A stretch of 64,000 bases of DNA from Mantamonas sphyraenae STR306 (GCA_026936335.1 JAPMXV010000061.1:186001-250000); one strand, 5' to 3'. Positions 20,251 through 32,595 are shown, counted from the stretch's first letter. Made by a program: numbers and translations. The notes: generated from the letters alone by a model not told the origin.

Positions 20251-23200
20251 TCATTGCGTGTCACTGGAGTCATTTTGCCCTTCAACAACCACCTGTGGAT
20301 GGTCGTGTGCATCCAATTGTTGATCACCACGATCACCATGATTGTCCTCTTCTTCGATTTCTTCCTCGTCTGTTGTTGTACTTGATTCAACCACCGGCTC
20401 CTCCTTCTCCTCCTCCTTCTCCTCCTCCTTCTCCTCCACATTCACCACCGGCTGCCCTTCTTCCTCGTCCACCGGTTCATGGCCCTGTTGTTCCCCAGAG
20501 GGCCCCGGTTCGCGGTCGGCAGAGACTGGATGATCGCCGTGGAGGAGGGTGGCGACGTGCGAGGCGAGCTTGCCCTTCCATCCGGGTGCATGGGTATCTA
20601 CGGGACGCAAGCCTGTGTTGGAGTCGCGTTGGAGGATGTACAAAAGGGAGGCGGCGAGAGACTGGGTGGGTAGGGAGGAGGCGGCGTGTGCAAGGGCATA
20701 CGCGTTGGCGAGGTCGTCTGCACTGTGCATGGTGCCACAGGCAGGACATTGCAGAGTGTACCATGTGACGGCGTGTGCGTGAGACCACTGGCCGAGGGCA
20801 CAATGGAGACAGCCGACTTGAAGGACGACGCCGCGGGAAAGACAACGGTGCCACTCGTCGGCCAGCAGGGCCTCGACGACAGCGGCACAGGCAAGCAATG
20901 TGCGCAACAAGAGACTGTCGTCATGGTTGCCGTATACAAGCAGCTGCAGATTGCCCTGGAGGCCCGGGCGTGCGTCAAGGACGGCCGTGACGCCGTCGCG
21001 TGTCAGGATCATGCCGTGGCGCCACGGGTGAGTGGCCCAGGCACTGAGGCGCACCATGGCCTGAAGCACGAGTCTGTAGGGCAGTAGACCCTCAAATTGG
21101 TAGGTGAGACGACGCACAGGCACGCCGCCTGCAGCGACGTCGTCATAGATGCGCTGGCGAGGCAGACCGCCGGTGAGCGGAAGCAGCGCGGGAAACACAA
21201 AGGTTTCGCCGCCCGAGGGACGGTACGCCAGTTCGAGACGGTGCAGAATGTCCTCCAGGCTGCTGTGCATCTTGCCAGGGTAGGCATGCCAGAGTTGGTA
21301 GCGCAGGACAGAGCGACGTACCACGCCGTCACGTATGCCTTCGCCACCGTCTCCCTGTCCCGCTCCTCCTCCCCCTCCTCCCCCTCCGCCACCACCTCCT
21401 CCGATCCCGCTTGCCATGGAGCCGTCGCCCGTGCCTCCGACACCGCCGCCGCCGTGGCGGAGGGTGACGACGCTGGCAAGGAATTCGGGCAGCCAGAGGA
21501 CATCCATGGAGAGGAGGGCAGCACGGGAAGCGAGGCGACCGCCCGGACTGTCAGCCCAGGCGTGGATGAGACCCCAGTTGTGATAGTCGGCGAGGTGGAC
21601 TGTGACTTCGCCGACGTCTGCGTCGAGACCACAGTCGCTGGCCATTTGGGCGGCGTAGTGGACGTCGACAGGCAGCACGTGGGCCTTGCCAGCCTCTTCC
21701 AGGGCCACAATGAAGCGGGATTCTGTGTGTTGCACGGTTTTCAGCACGTGGGGCATGCCATTAGCAGCACGCACGAGGGCAGCCTTGATGTCGCGCACGG
21801 CAGCGTTTGTGGCGTTGCCAAAGTCGCTTAGTTCGATGCAGTGGACGCCGAGAAGCGACAGACGCGGATCAAGGTGGGCTGCAACGTAAGCGGAGTCCAC
21901 GCGCGGGGCACCCGTGCCTGCGTGTGTGCCAACCACCATGACGGCGTCGCCATCGGCAGCATGCAAGCGAATCTGTTCCAGGTGCCAGGCCACACCGCCG
22001 TCGTCGTCTGCATCCAGAGTGGAGTAGACAAGCAGGTGGAGGGCAGGGCCGGTGAGAAAGAGCGGATGGGTGGCATGGTACACGGGCTGGCCTCCAAAGT
22101 CCCACGCATTGAATGTGACGGGCACTTGGTTGCCACGCGCCTCTTCAGTCCACTCTTCAACACGCACGCCGTCTGTTTGCTCCTCGCCCGTGTCTGTGAA
22201 GCGGTTCCAGCGCAGCCTGTGGAGCAGACTGGTCTTGCCACACTGTGCACGGCCGACCAACAGCAATTTGCAGCGACACACAAGGGCAGTGGGTCCATCG
22301 CCGTCCTGTAACGGGGCATACTCGTTGTACTCGGCGGTGACGGCACGCAGAAACTGCACAATGTGCTTCTGCGACTTGCCCCACAGCTCCAGGGGCACCT
22401 GACGGATGGCCTTGGCCGGGATGCCCTCACGCTGGGCCACACCCAGGATGCGCAGACACTTTTGCACGCTTTGTTCGTCGTTCTTCCAGATCTGGGCCGG
22501 AATGAGGGTAAAGAGGTGATTGGGCACCACGGCCACCTCCAGCGTTTTGATGTAATCCAAGACGTGGGCGGCACCAGCCTCCCACTCGGACTCGCTGACA
22601 TGTTCCAACAGCTCTTTGGGGATCTGTTCCTGGTTGATGCGTGTGTGCACCTCAATCTTGGTGTCCAGGAGGCTGGCATAGTTGTTGCCCGTGGTGTCGC
22701 ATGCGGTGATGGCCCCATTCACAGCCAACATGTCCACCAACGCCTGCACTCCGGTGGTTCCCAACTCATTCCACGACACATCCAACAGTCGCAGGGTGCC
22801 ATTGTCCACCAGGGCATCGGCCAGGGAGGCAGCTCCTCGGTCTCCAATCTCGTTGCCCCCCACATTCAACGCCGTCAGCGATCCGTTGCTACGCAGCATG
22901 TCTGCCACCGCAATGGCCCCTTCCAACCCCAACTTTGTGTTGTATATCGACAGTGTGGCCAGGGTGGGTCCAGCAGGCGTGTTTTGCAATTGCGGAGGAC
23001 GGCGGCTGCTGCTGCTGCTCCCGCTGCTGCTGTTGGGCGACGAGGGGGCCGGGGGAGTCAGGGTCTCGGCAATGCTCATGATGCCTTCGGGACCCAATGG
23101 GTTGTAGTTGAGGTTGAGGGTGTGGAGGCGAGTGTTGCGTCGGAGTGCGTCGCCCAGGCAAAAGGCGCCCCATTCGCCAATCTCGTTGGCGGACAAGTGC

Positions 23201-23985
23201 AGAGTGCACAGGCTGTCGTTGTGTGTCAGCGTGTCTGCAAACGCCTCGGCTCCAGAGTCTCCCATCTCATTCAAGTCGTTGCGTAGCAACGTCAACGACG
23301 TGTTGGCCCTCAGCGCAGGTTGCAGCTCCGTGGCAGCGCTTTGGGAAAGGTTGTTTTCTGAAATCCAGCACGGTAGGGAAGGGGGGGGTGTGAGTGGGGA
23401 CATGAGGACACAAGGTGGGGATGTGAGGAAATGGGAGGGTTACGGGGAAGGGGAAGGGGGTGTACATACGGCCCATGTCGAGCTCCTCCAAGCGAGTGTT
23501 GTAGCGGATGAGGTCGGCCAGGTACGAGACGGATTCGTCGCCGAGGTCGTTGTCTGTGGGGAGTGGAGGAGCAACGGGTTGGATGGGTGGATACCGGGGG
23601 GAAAGGGAGGGGAGGAGGAGGAGGGGAGGGGGGAGGGGAGTGGCAAAGGAGTGAGCGGGGTTGAAAACGAGCACAGAAGGACAGGAGGGAAGGACTGACT
23701 CTTGAGGTTGAGGGCACGGATGTGACAGTTGTCCTTGAGAGCCACACAGACCATGGCAACGCCTTCGGGGCCGATGTGGTTTGCTTCGAGGTTGAGGGAG
23801 TGGAGAGAGGTGCAGTGTTTGAGGGCATTGGCCAGGATGAGAGTGCCCGACGTGCCAATGTTCTTCTGCGACAAGTCCAGATCGTCCAACTTGTCGTCGC
23901 GCAGCTGCGCGGCAATGGCCGTCAGCTCTTCGTTCAGGCTCAGAGGCTGCGTGGACTGTTTGCGCCCTGTCAACGACTTGAGCAT
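20251..23985 (-). CDS. Roco protein: RNI-like LRRs, Roc GTPase, COR and zinc ribbon; no kinase domain
   Basis: Exons 23985-23700, 23553-23470 and 23357-20251. KLLLVGRAQCGKTSL, TDGV, WDFGGQPVYHATHPLFLT, VVGTH; CLHC...CPAC near the C-terminus. Confidence 0.88.
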
Positions 23986-24220
23986 GGGAGGTGGGAAGGG
24001 GGAGGGGGGTGATTTGGATGGGGCTTGGTTTTGGAACCCGAGACGAGGGAAATGATTGGCTGAGGTGGAGGATGCGGATGCCTTTGGGCTCATTCGATCC
24101 AGTACATTCTTGAGTGTACGCCCGTTGTTACCATGCACTTTGGCGTTGCAATGCCCGTCGTGGCATCGAAGAACGAGCGAGACCATCGACATTGTTGGAT
24201 TTTGGCATGTCCAGACGCGT

Positions 24221-25339
24221 TCATTCTCGACCATTGGTGGCAGGTGCGACCGGCCACTCCGACATACGACTGTGGATGACAGAAACGATGCTGGCGTGTC
24301 CCTGCCTGCTGGCAAAGGAGGCCAGAGTTTCGCCTCCAATGTCCACGTTTGCATCCGCTCCGTGTTGCCACAACTCCACAAACGTGTCCGTGTGACCCTT
24401 GTACGCAGCTGCCACGATGGCCGTGCACCCATTGTCGGGATGCGTTTCCACCTCTGCCCCAGCCTGCAGCAGTGCCAAAACCACGTCCGTGAGGCCGTTC
24501 CAGGCAGCCTCATACAGCGGCGGTAACAATCCATGCTCAATGGGCACATCTGGGTGGCATCCATGTGTGGTAAGGGTGTCGATGACGCCGACATTGCCCG
24601 TTTGGGCGGCAATGACCAAGGCGAGGGCACAGCCGCGAGAGCTGGGGTTGGCCCCAGCGTCCAACAACACATCAATGGCCTTTGTGTAGCCATTGGTGGC
24701 AGCCAGGGTGATTGCATTTTGGCCATCGTCGGATGTGCATTGCTCTGGATCTGCCCCTGCTGCAAGCAGCACCTGCATCGCATCCACATGGTTCTGCCAC
24801 GCAGCAGCAATCAACGCAGTGGCCCCTTCGGCACACTTGGCATCCACACAGGCACCCGAGTCCACCAGCCGCTGCACCGTCTCTGTGTGTCCGTGTTGCG
24901 CGGCCATTCTCAACGCGCTCTCCCCATTGCTCTTGCATGCATCGACATCAGCTCCGGCGTTCAAGAGTGCATCCACTGTGTACACATCGCCTACCCGGCT
25001 GGCAATCATCAGCGCCGTCTCGCCGTCGGGAAAGGCAAAGTTGACGTCGTCTCCTCGAGCTCCAGCCAGCGCTCGAACTGCCTCGGCGTCTCCATTGGAC
25101 GCAAACATCATCCTCCTCCACATTTCCCTGTGTCCCCATGCTTGGGTGTCCTCCCCGTCCTCTGTGGCAGGTGTGGTGCTTGTTGCGGGGCCCATGGGGA
25201 TCCCCGAAACCCCAGACTCGCGCTTAGTTTCCTCCTCCATGGTGCGTGTGGGAGACAGTGAGAGCACGACGTCCCTGGCTTCGTCATCCATCCGTTTGTT
25301 GTGGTCCAGCTGTGAAGAGGATGAATCGACGTGACTCAT
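24221..25339 (-). CDS. Ankyrin-repeat protein (about 8 repeats)
   Basis: Repeated GxT(A/P)LxxAAxxGH motifs (GETALMIASRVGD, GESALRMAAQHGH, GATALIAAAWQNH). Confidence 0.88.
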   Translation of the reverse strand: MSHVDSSSSQLDHNKRMDDEARDVVLSLSPTRTMEEETKRESGVSGIPMGPATSTTPATEDGEDTQAWGHREMWRRMMFASNGDAEAVRALAGARGDDVNFAFPDGETALMIASRVGDVYTVDALLNAGADVDACKSNGESALRMAAQHGHTETVQRLVDSGACVDAKCAEGATALIAAAWQNHVDAMQVLLAAGADPEQCTSDDGQNAITLAATNGYTKAIDVLLDAGANPSSRGCALALVIAAQTGNVGVIDTLTTHGCHPDVPIEHGLLPPLYEAAWNGLTDVVLALLQAGAEVETHPDNGCTAIVAAAYKGHTDTFVELWQHGADANVDIGGETLASFASRQGHASIVSVIHSRMSEWPVAPATNGRE

Positions 25340-25380
25340 GCAAGAAAACGACACTTGGATTGCAATGGCGGGCGGGCGAT

Positions 25381-28300
25381 TCACTTCCTCCCACTCGCAT
25401 TCCCACTCGCTTGGATGGCTTCCAACCCGGCGCCAAGTTCCCAACAGCCGTCACAGACGCGCACGGGTTTGAGGAACCCCATGTGTGGGATGGTGCGTGT
25501 GTGGTCGGAGCAGCCCTCGCAAAAGATGTGACCACACTGACGGCAGTAGTGTTTGCGCATGGTGAGGCCAAAGCTTTGCGTGCATGCGTAGCAATACTTG
25601 GCTGCCCGCTCGTTGTCTCTGCGGGGCGGCTTGACGAGTTGGATTTCGCCGTACTTGTGGCCACCTTGTGCGGCGACGGCGTTGACAAACTTGTACACCT
25701 TGAGCCATCCAATGCACTTGTCCACGCGATGGACCGTGCCCCACACGGTTTGAAGGACGAGCAACCATCGTGAGGCGACGATGGCGGTGGCGGCGACAAG
25801 GCGGTACGTCCGTGTGGATGTGAGCACCTCCAGCTCGTTGTCTGCATCCTCCACTCCACGCAGGGCAATCACATCGGCCATTTTGATGGTACCCAAGGCC
25901 ACCTTTTCTGCAGCAGTGGCATCTTGTTCCAACGCAGCGAGCAGTGCGTCTTCGTCGTCGCAGTAGTAGAGGCAAGCGGTGGTAAGCACAAAGAGACGCT
26001 GTTTCCAGTTCTTTCGCACTCCTCCCTGCTTGGTGAGTGTGCCCATCATGATGCACTGCGTAACACTTTTGGAAGCCAGGGTGTTGAGGGTGTACACCAG
26101 CTTGTCCATGGCGGTGATCTCTGTGCCGGAAAACACACGCTCCGCATCCAGTTTCTCCTCAGACACACAGTGCATATAGTGCTCTGCCGCCAGTGCCAGG
26201 GATCGTTGCACGCGTAGGATGTGAATGCTGTCCAGATCCAACACGGTGTCGCCGCCGTCGTCCAGGACTTCCGTGCCTGCCAGCTGCTCCTCCTCCAGTT
26301 CCTCCGGCTCCTGGCCGTCCAGCAGGATGCTCTGTTGGGCAGTGAGGCCCTGCAGCACCTCCAATTGTTGCAGCAGACGAGCCTTGACACGCAGGCAGTC
26401 GCCCCACAGCAGATGGAGGGCAGGATAGTGTTCGTCGAGGCTACGATCGGCACGCTCGGCGGCCAGACAGGCACGGTTGGCCGTGCGTAGAGCCTGATGG
26501 ACCAACAGCTGTTGTCCTTCGATTTCATCCGATTGTGCCTGCATGGCACGACGCCATGTGGAGAGGGCGCCCGTGATTTTCACGCGTCGATCGGCCGTAT
26601 AGAGGCCGTTGAGCCAGCCGCGTGCGAGCATATCGGCCTGGAAGTAGAGGATGCCCAGGAGGCACAGGTGCGGATCAGGTTCGTGTTGCATAAGTTCGTC
26701 GGTGCACATCTGTTCAAACAGGGTGGCGGCGTGGTCCAGGAGGGAAAACGCCTTGCACATGTCCACCAGACGAGAGCTGACCTTTGCTTGGCCCTCTGCA
26801 ATGGGGCGCAGCCGTGTGGGACTGCGCACGGAGCCCAGACGGGATCGGGAACGTGTACGAGAGTCGGAATGAGAGAGGGAGAGGGAAGAGGCAGAAGAGG
26901 CCGATGAGGCGTTGCTCAGACTGCGCTCACGCAGCACACGCAGACCCGTAGAGCTGGACGAACGTGGCAATGCAAGCGATGACACTTGGATGTCATTGAT
27001 GGCACGCAGGCGTGGCACCTCGGGGTCGATGGAGGCATTGGAGAGAGCGCGGCCGCGTGTGGGCGGGACGAGCGATGGGGAGGCGGTTCTGGAGATGGAT
27101 GAGGAGGCGTTGTGAGATGCCAAAGACTCAGAGGTGAGGGTGATGGAAGGGACAGAGGAGGAGGAGGACGAAGATGATGATGAGGATGCTTCGTCGTCTT
27201 GATGAAGAAGCTTGGGTGCGCTGCTGCTGTGGCCATTGCTGCTGTCGTCGGTGGTGAGGGAATAAAAGGGTTCGAGAAGAGCCTGGGCCTGATCGTACTC
27301 CATGTGTGCCCATTCGAGCACGACAGAGGTGTTTGCACGCACAATCTCCTCGGTGGGCAGATGGCGCTGTGCGTCTGTATCTCGAATGAGTTGCAGCTGT
27401 CGTGCAGCGTCGCGGTACAGCATGGATGCTTTGTCGTAGTCGGGCGGAGAGACGGTGTTGCGATGGAGCGAGGCAACGTCACGCAGGCCGTCGGCCCAGG
27501 CCAGGAGTGCCTTTGCGTGCAGCTGTGCCCGTTCCACCCTCACCACATGGTTGGCGGCCAGCAATTCCTGTTCGGACACGTGTGCGTTGCAACGCATGTG
27601 CGAGGGCAGGTCGCCGTCCAGATCGAGTTCGGCCAGGCGAGCGTAGAAGCGAAAGGCCTCGTCGTAGGCGGCCGTGATGCGCTCCACGTCCTGCGGACAC
27701 AGCACAGTGCGATACAGTTCGGCCAAGTCGTGATGAGCGGAGCCCGCACGCCACAGCGCCTCCACAAGGATCCCCTTGCGTGGGGACGCGTCGAGGGCTT
27801 GTTCAAAGGCGTCGAGAGCGTCACGTAGCAACGCAGGCTGTTGTTCCTGCACCTGTTGGGGATCGGAGATGGCACGTGCACGCCGCAGGAGTAGAATGCC
27901 CAGAGGGACCAGCGAGGCGGCGTGAGCGTGCGTGGGACCTGTGTCGCGACTGAGATGACAGGCGGCGTGGGCCAGAGCCAGAGCCACCTGTGGCTGCCGT
28001 TGTTGCTGCTCGTGCAGGTCTGCCCACGCGTGCAGATGCACCTGCACGCCTGTCAGGCCTGTGTACATGTTGACGGGCACGCGGTCGATGTCGGCACGCA
28101 GGATGGCCCGCACCTGCTCCGCCGTGTATTCGGGTAGCGACAGGTCCGCATACCGATCGTCGTAGAAGGGAGAGGCATCTGCAGCCGGGCTGGGCTCGGG
28201 ATGGGCAGCGGCCGGGTCTGGATGCGGCCAACCGGTAAAGAACACAGTCCAATGGTCGGGATGCAGATGCGGGGCAGCGTGCTCCGTGTGCCAAGCTGTG

Positions 28301-30498
28301 CCTGGGAGAGTGGCACTGGCACCAAACGCGAGAAAGAGGTTGGGGTAGGCATCAGGATCGTCGTGGGCCGCGTCTGACAGGTAGGGCTGCCAGGCCTTGG
28401 GATCGTTGTCGGCGAGTGCGGCCACCCACGCATCGGCATCGTCTATAGGCGAGCCTTGGGTGTCGTACTTGAGCCAGTCGTCGTCGTGGAGGCGACGCAG
28501 GATGGGCAGAAGGGCCTGTGCGAGAGCGTCGCGGATCCCGGGAAACACTTCGTCGGCCGTGGGGGGCTTGACGGTGTCCAGGGTGGGATCGTGGTGCCAT
28601 AGTAGCTCGAGGGTGTCCAGGGTGAGGTGGGGTTGTGTGTCGAGGCGTGTGGCGTGCCAGAGGGCGAGGCGAGCAAGGCGCACTGCACGGTGGGGTGCCA
28701 GGTGGGGCAGGGCTAGTGTGACGGCATGGATGAGGGCCAAGGCGGGCTCTGGATGGCGTCTGTCCATGCGCACGGCGTCGTCGAGATCGACAAGGGCGAG
28801 GAGGAGACGGCGACGGGCTTCTGAGTCAGGATCGTGGAAAAACAGGTCGTCAGGAAAGGTGTCGCGGGAGGCGAGCTCGAGGAGGAAGCGTCCACGTAGG
28901 AGAAAGGCACGGGAGGACGGGAGGGTGTTGAGGATGTGATTTGTGTGTGCGACGGCGTAGAGGGTGAGGGTGAAGAGCTGCTCCTTGGTGACAGAGGCGA
29001 GAAAGAGCAGCTGGGGATTCCTACGGACGGAAAGCACAGCGGCGAGGGCTGCATCGAGGGCCAGGGCGTGCCAGGCGTGGGTGCGTGGCTGTGCAGGCAG
29101 GAGATCGTCGTCGGTGAGGGTTGTGGACCGAGGATGGGTAGCGAGGGTATGGAGGGCCTGCGGGGTAAGGGTAATCGCTCGCATGGTGTGTAGACGCAGA
29201 ATGGCGTAGGAACGAGAAATGGGCTGGTCACTGTGCTGATGGAGGTTGTTTAGGTGGGCTGCAGTCGGACTTGGATGTGCGCGCAGCAGACGATGTGCTG
29301 CGAGCTCAGACAAGGCCAGAGTGGCCAGATGAGGGACGGTGAGCAGGTCTGCCAGTGTGGCGAGGTGTTGCATGCCGATGCCGTGGGTGGCCAGGAGCAG
29401 GTCGAAGCGGACGGTGTCGATTGGGGCGTTTGCGTAGCGAGCATCGGCGTAGGCGGCGGCTTCCGGGAGCAGATGGTCAAGAAGGACGTCCTGGAGGGCA
29501 TCTGCCTCCAGAGTTGCCTCAAAGGCGTCGTCTGGGTGCAACAGAGGATGATCTGTGTTTGCGGAGAGGGGCACGTCGGAAGCAAGGAGAAGCGACGGGG
29601 AAAAGCCGCGCGGAAGCAAGGGTGCAGCATCGACAAGGTAGAGTTTGGAGAGGAGAGCACGCTCGGGCATGTGTAGTTGGGTGTAGAGGGAGAGAGGAGG
29701 GCTGGGCTGGTCGGGGAGGGTGGTGGGGGAGGCGTGCAGATGAAGGGCGGACGCAAGCTCGGTTGTGAGAGTGGGCACGAGGGAACGACCCGAGGTGAAG
29801 GTGGGTGGTGAGGAGGAGGAGGATGAGGATTTGGTGGTGGTGGTGTCCATACCATAGGCAAGGGTGCTGGAAGCAGTGATATCCAGTGCCGCGTGGCAGG
29901 CAAAGGCGTGGCCGGCGAGGGTGATCTGCGCCTGGAAGGGCAGCCGTAGGAGCTTGCGTGCAGTGGGCATGTCGAGAGGCCGGGAGAGGAGGAGGTGGAG
30001 AATGTGGTCGGTGACAAGCACCTCGCGTTGGGCATGGGGATGCGTGGTGGGCGTGAGGAGGGTGAAGAGCATGTTGTTGTGCAAGTAGAGGGTGTGCGGG
30101 GAGTTTGGCAGAGAGACAGGCGTTGGGAGGGTGGATGGGGAGGAGGAGGATGAGGAGGATGAAAGGTGATGGGTGACAATGAGCTCAACGGCGTCGGTGG
30201 CCTGGGCTAGGAAGTCGAGGTAGAGATGGTGGATTTCGGCGGCCAGGCGGGCGTAGAGCGAGGCGTCTGTGTGTGCGACGGGGAGGAGTTGGGCGTGGAG
30301 GGCGTGGTAGAGGTCGTTCCAGTGGTGTGTGGTGTGTTTGGTGAGCGCTGCAGCAAGAGTCGGGGAGTAGTCTAGAGTGAAGAGATGGGACTTTCGAAAG
30401 GTGAACGACGGTGGTTGTGTGAGGAGGGGAGAGGAGGAGGAAGAGGAGGAGGAGGGGGAGGAGGAGGGGGAGGAAGAAGAGGAGGAGGAGGAGGACAT
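25381..30498 (-). CDS. Large protein with degenerate CLU domain, TPR-like helices, PH domain and FYVE finger
   Basis: WNDLYH...LYLDFLAQATDAVELIV...LYLHNNMLF (CLU-like); GTLTKQGGVRKNWKQRLFVL (PH); CYAC..F....RKHYCRQCGHIFCEGCS...VRVCDGC (FYVE). Confidence 0.8.
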   Translation of the reverse strand: MSSSSSSSSSPSSSPSSSSSSSSPLLTQPPSFTFRKSHLFTLDYSPTLAAALTKHTTHHWNDLYHALHAQLLPVAHTDASLYARLAAEIHHLYLDFLAQATDAVELIVTHHLSSSSSSSSPSTLPTPVSLPNSPHTLYLHNNMLFTLLTPTTHPHAQREVLVTDHILHLLLSRPLDMPTARKLLRLPFQAQITLAGHAFACHAALDITASSTLAYGMDTTTTKSSSSSSSPPTFTSGRSLVPTLTTELASALHLHASPTTLPDQPSPPLSLYTQLHMPERALLSKLYLVDAAPLLPRGFSPSLLLASDVPLSANTDHPLLHPDDAFEATLEADALQDVLLDHLLPEAAAYADARYANAPIDTVRFDLLLATHGIGMQHLATLADLLTVPHLATLALSELAAHRLLRAHPSPTAAHLNNLHQHSDQPISRSYAILRLHTMRAITLTPQALHTLATHPRSTTLTDDDLLPAQPRTHAWHALALDAALAAVLSVRRNPQLLFLASVTKEQLFTLTLYAVAHTNHILNTLPSSRAFLLRGRFLLELASRDTFPDDLFFHDPDSEARRRLLLALVDLDDAVRMDRRHPEPALALIHAVTLALPHLAPHRAVRLARLALWHATRLDTQPHLTLDTLELLWHHDPTLDTVKPPTADEVFPGIRDALAQALLPILRRLHDDDWLKYDTQGSPIDDADAWVAALADNDPKAWQPYLSDAAHDDPDAYPNLFLAFGASATLPGTAWHTEHAAPHLHPDHWTVFFTGWPHPDPAAAHPEPSPAADASPFYDDRYADLSLPEYTAEQVRAILRADIDRVPVNMYTGLTGVQVHLHAWADLHEQQQRQPQVALALAHAACHLSRDTGPTHAHAASLVPLGILLLRRARAISDPQQVQEQQPALLRDALDAFEQALDASPRKGILVEALWRAGSAHHDLAELYRTVLCPQDVERITAAYDEAFRFYARLAELDLDGDLPSHMRCNAHVSEQELLAANHVVRVERAQLHAKALLAWADGLRDVASLHRNTVSPPDYDKASMLYRDAARQLQLIRDTDAQRHLPTEEIVRANTSVVLEWAHMEYDQAQALLEPFYSLTTDDSSNGHSSSAPKLLHQDDEASSSSSSSSSSSVPSITLTSESLASHNASSSISRTASPSLVPPTRGRALSNASIDPEVPRLRAINDIQVSSLALPRSSSSTGLRVLRERSLSNASSASSASSLSLSHSDSRTRSRSRLGSVRSPTRLRPIAEGQAKVSSRLVDMCKAFSLLDHAATLFEQMCTDELMQHEPDPHLCLLGILYFQADMLARGWLNGLYTADRRVKITGALSTWRRAMQAQSDEIEGQQLLVHQALRTANRACLAAERADRSLDEHYPALHLLWGDCLRVKARLLQQLEVLQGLTAQQSILLDGQEPEELEEEQLAGTEVLDDGGDTVLDLDSIHILRVQRSLALAAEHYMHCVSEEKLDAERVFSGTEITAMDKLVYTLNTLASKSVTQCIMMGTLTKQGGVRKNWKQRLFVLTTACLYYCDDEDALLAALEQDATAAEKVALGTIKMADVIALRGVEDADNELEVLTSTRTYRLVAATAIVASRWLLVLQTVWGTVHRVDKCIGWLKVYKFVNAVAAQGGHKYGEIQLVKPPRRDNERAAKYCYACTQSFGLTMRKHYCRQCGHIFCEGCSDHTRTIPHMGFLKPVRVCDGCWELGAGLEAIQASGNASGRK

Positions 30499-30535
30499 GG
30501 TTGATTTGGGTGTGTTGGGGGGGGGAAGGCACGAC

Positions 30536-32595
30536 TCAAGTTCCCAGGCGTGCAATCACCCGGTCGATCACCTCATCTGGAAGCGTGCTCCACAGTGCGC
30601 TTGGCTCGTATCCATCCATGCCACCTGCCTCAAACATCACCTCCCGTTCCTCCCCGTTCATCACCAACGCGACCTCCATCGCAGCATCCACATCCCCGCC
30701 CCATCCAATCCAATGCCAGGGCTTCCTCCACCCTTTCTCCCTGGTTGATGCAGCTGTTTGTGGCCTTGGTGTTGCCCCCCAGTCTCGCAAATGGTCTACG
30801 ACGGCATCCTGGACGTGTTCGATGGCCGATGCCAGCGCCGTACCCATCCCCACCACATGCGAGTCCACAGACACGCCCCACCGCAGCAACTCTGTCATTG
30901 TTGTCACGTCTCCTTGAACGGCGGCTTGGACAAACGTGGATGCCTGTTGCTTGTTGCGAACGAGCAGTTTGGTCAACTCCGGATGGCGCATCCCGCGAAT
31001 GTCCAAGCAAGTGTGATTCAGCTCCATGGCCTTGGTCAGCAAGGCCTTTCCGGCACTGTCAATGGATGTTCCCTGCAAGTTCAGGGTCTGAAGAGTGCTG
31101 TTGACGGACAGTGCATCCGCCAAGGGCTTGGCTTCCTCAATCTCGTTGTAGCTGACATCCAACTGCTGCAACGTGCCGTTGACACACAGAATGTTGGCCA
31201 GTAGCGACGCAGAATCATCAAAGATGTAGTTTCGGCCCATAGACAGGCTCCGGAGGCAATGGTTGGATGCAAGGACGCTGACAATGGCCGCAGCACCACG
31301 GTCGCCGATGTGGTTGTCGTTCAACGATAGCGTTTCGAGTGTGGTGTTCACAGCGAGCATGTTGGCAAGTGCACCTGCTCCGGCGTGACCGATGTGGTTG
31401 AAATCGAGCGACAGGTGGGACAAGGTGGCATTGCTTGCCAATGCTTCCGCAAGCATCGCAGCTTCTTTGTACCCAATGCCCTTCCTGAAGAGGGTGAGTT
31501 TCTGGAGGGTTGTGTTTGTTGCAAGTGCTGCTGCAAAGGCTGCGGCTCCTTCTTGCCCCATGTCACACTCGAGGAATTCCAGGGTGTGCAATGAGTCGTT
31601 GCCCGCAAGGGCGTTGCCAATGGCCACAGCTCCGGCTTGCTCTACGTTGCAGTTGGTGACATTCAGGCAGCGCAGGGTGTGAGTGCTCTGCAGCGCTTCG
31701 GCGAGCGCAGCGGCACCGTCGTCGCCCACATCGCATCCAAACAGACGGAGAACCCGCAACCCTGTGTTGCTGGCAAGGGATTCGCGCAAAGCAGGCGCAC
31801 CCTCCGTGCCGATGGGGAGGTGGGAGAGAAAGAGCTTCCGCAAGGTGTGGTTGCCGCTGAGACCCGAGATCAGCGTTGCAGCTGCCGTCGCGTTCGTCCC
31901 TTTGCCCTGAATGCGTAGGTTCTGTAGGGTGCAGTTGGAACGGAGCATGTCGGCCAAGGCAGCTGCTGCGGTGCAGTTGATCTCCTGCCTTGCAAGCTTG
32001 AATTCCCGTAGGCCGCTATTTGAGCACAGGGCCTCGGCGAGGGCAACCACCCCCTGCTCCTGTAGGTCACAGCCTCCCAGATCCAAATCCTGCAATGTGT
32101 TGTTGTGTTCCAACGCTTCGGCCAGTGCCTTTGCTCCTACGGGGCCGAGGTGGTTCTGGGAAAGATTCAACGCCACAAGCGTGCAGTTTACGCGCAAAGC
32201 ATCCGCCATGGAGGTCACACCGAGTGCTCCAATGTCATTGCTGGATACGTCGATGGTCTTCAGGGTCGTGTTTGTGGTCAGGGTCCTGGCCAGGGCGATG
32301 AGGCCGCTGTCGCCAAGGTTTGTCTCGTACAGGTCCAAGGCCTGCAGTGTGTGGTTGTTCTTGGCGATGGCTGCCGCCAGCAATGCTGCGCCTGTAGCAC
32401 TGACGTCCTCAAAGCCAAGGTGCAGGGTCTGGTGGTGGTCCCCGAAGAGGCAAGGGGGTGAGTGTCACGTCGGCGCAGGTTGACCTGTACTTTGAACCGA
32501 CTCACGTCTCCTGTGGCTTCCAGAGCAGATTCAATGGCTTCGGCGTCTCCTTCCTGGAGCAATTCGGGCCAATGGATCACTTCTTGACTGGTCAT
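30536..32595 (-). CDS. RNI/NLRC3-type LRR protein with ankyrin repeat and C-terminal F-box-like motif, copy A
   Basis: Exons 32595-32506 and 32428-30536; many 28-aa LRRs; AAVQGDVTTMTELLRWGVSVD; ends WSTLPDEVIDRVIARLGT. Confidence 0.88.
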
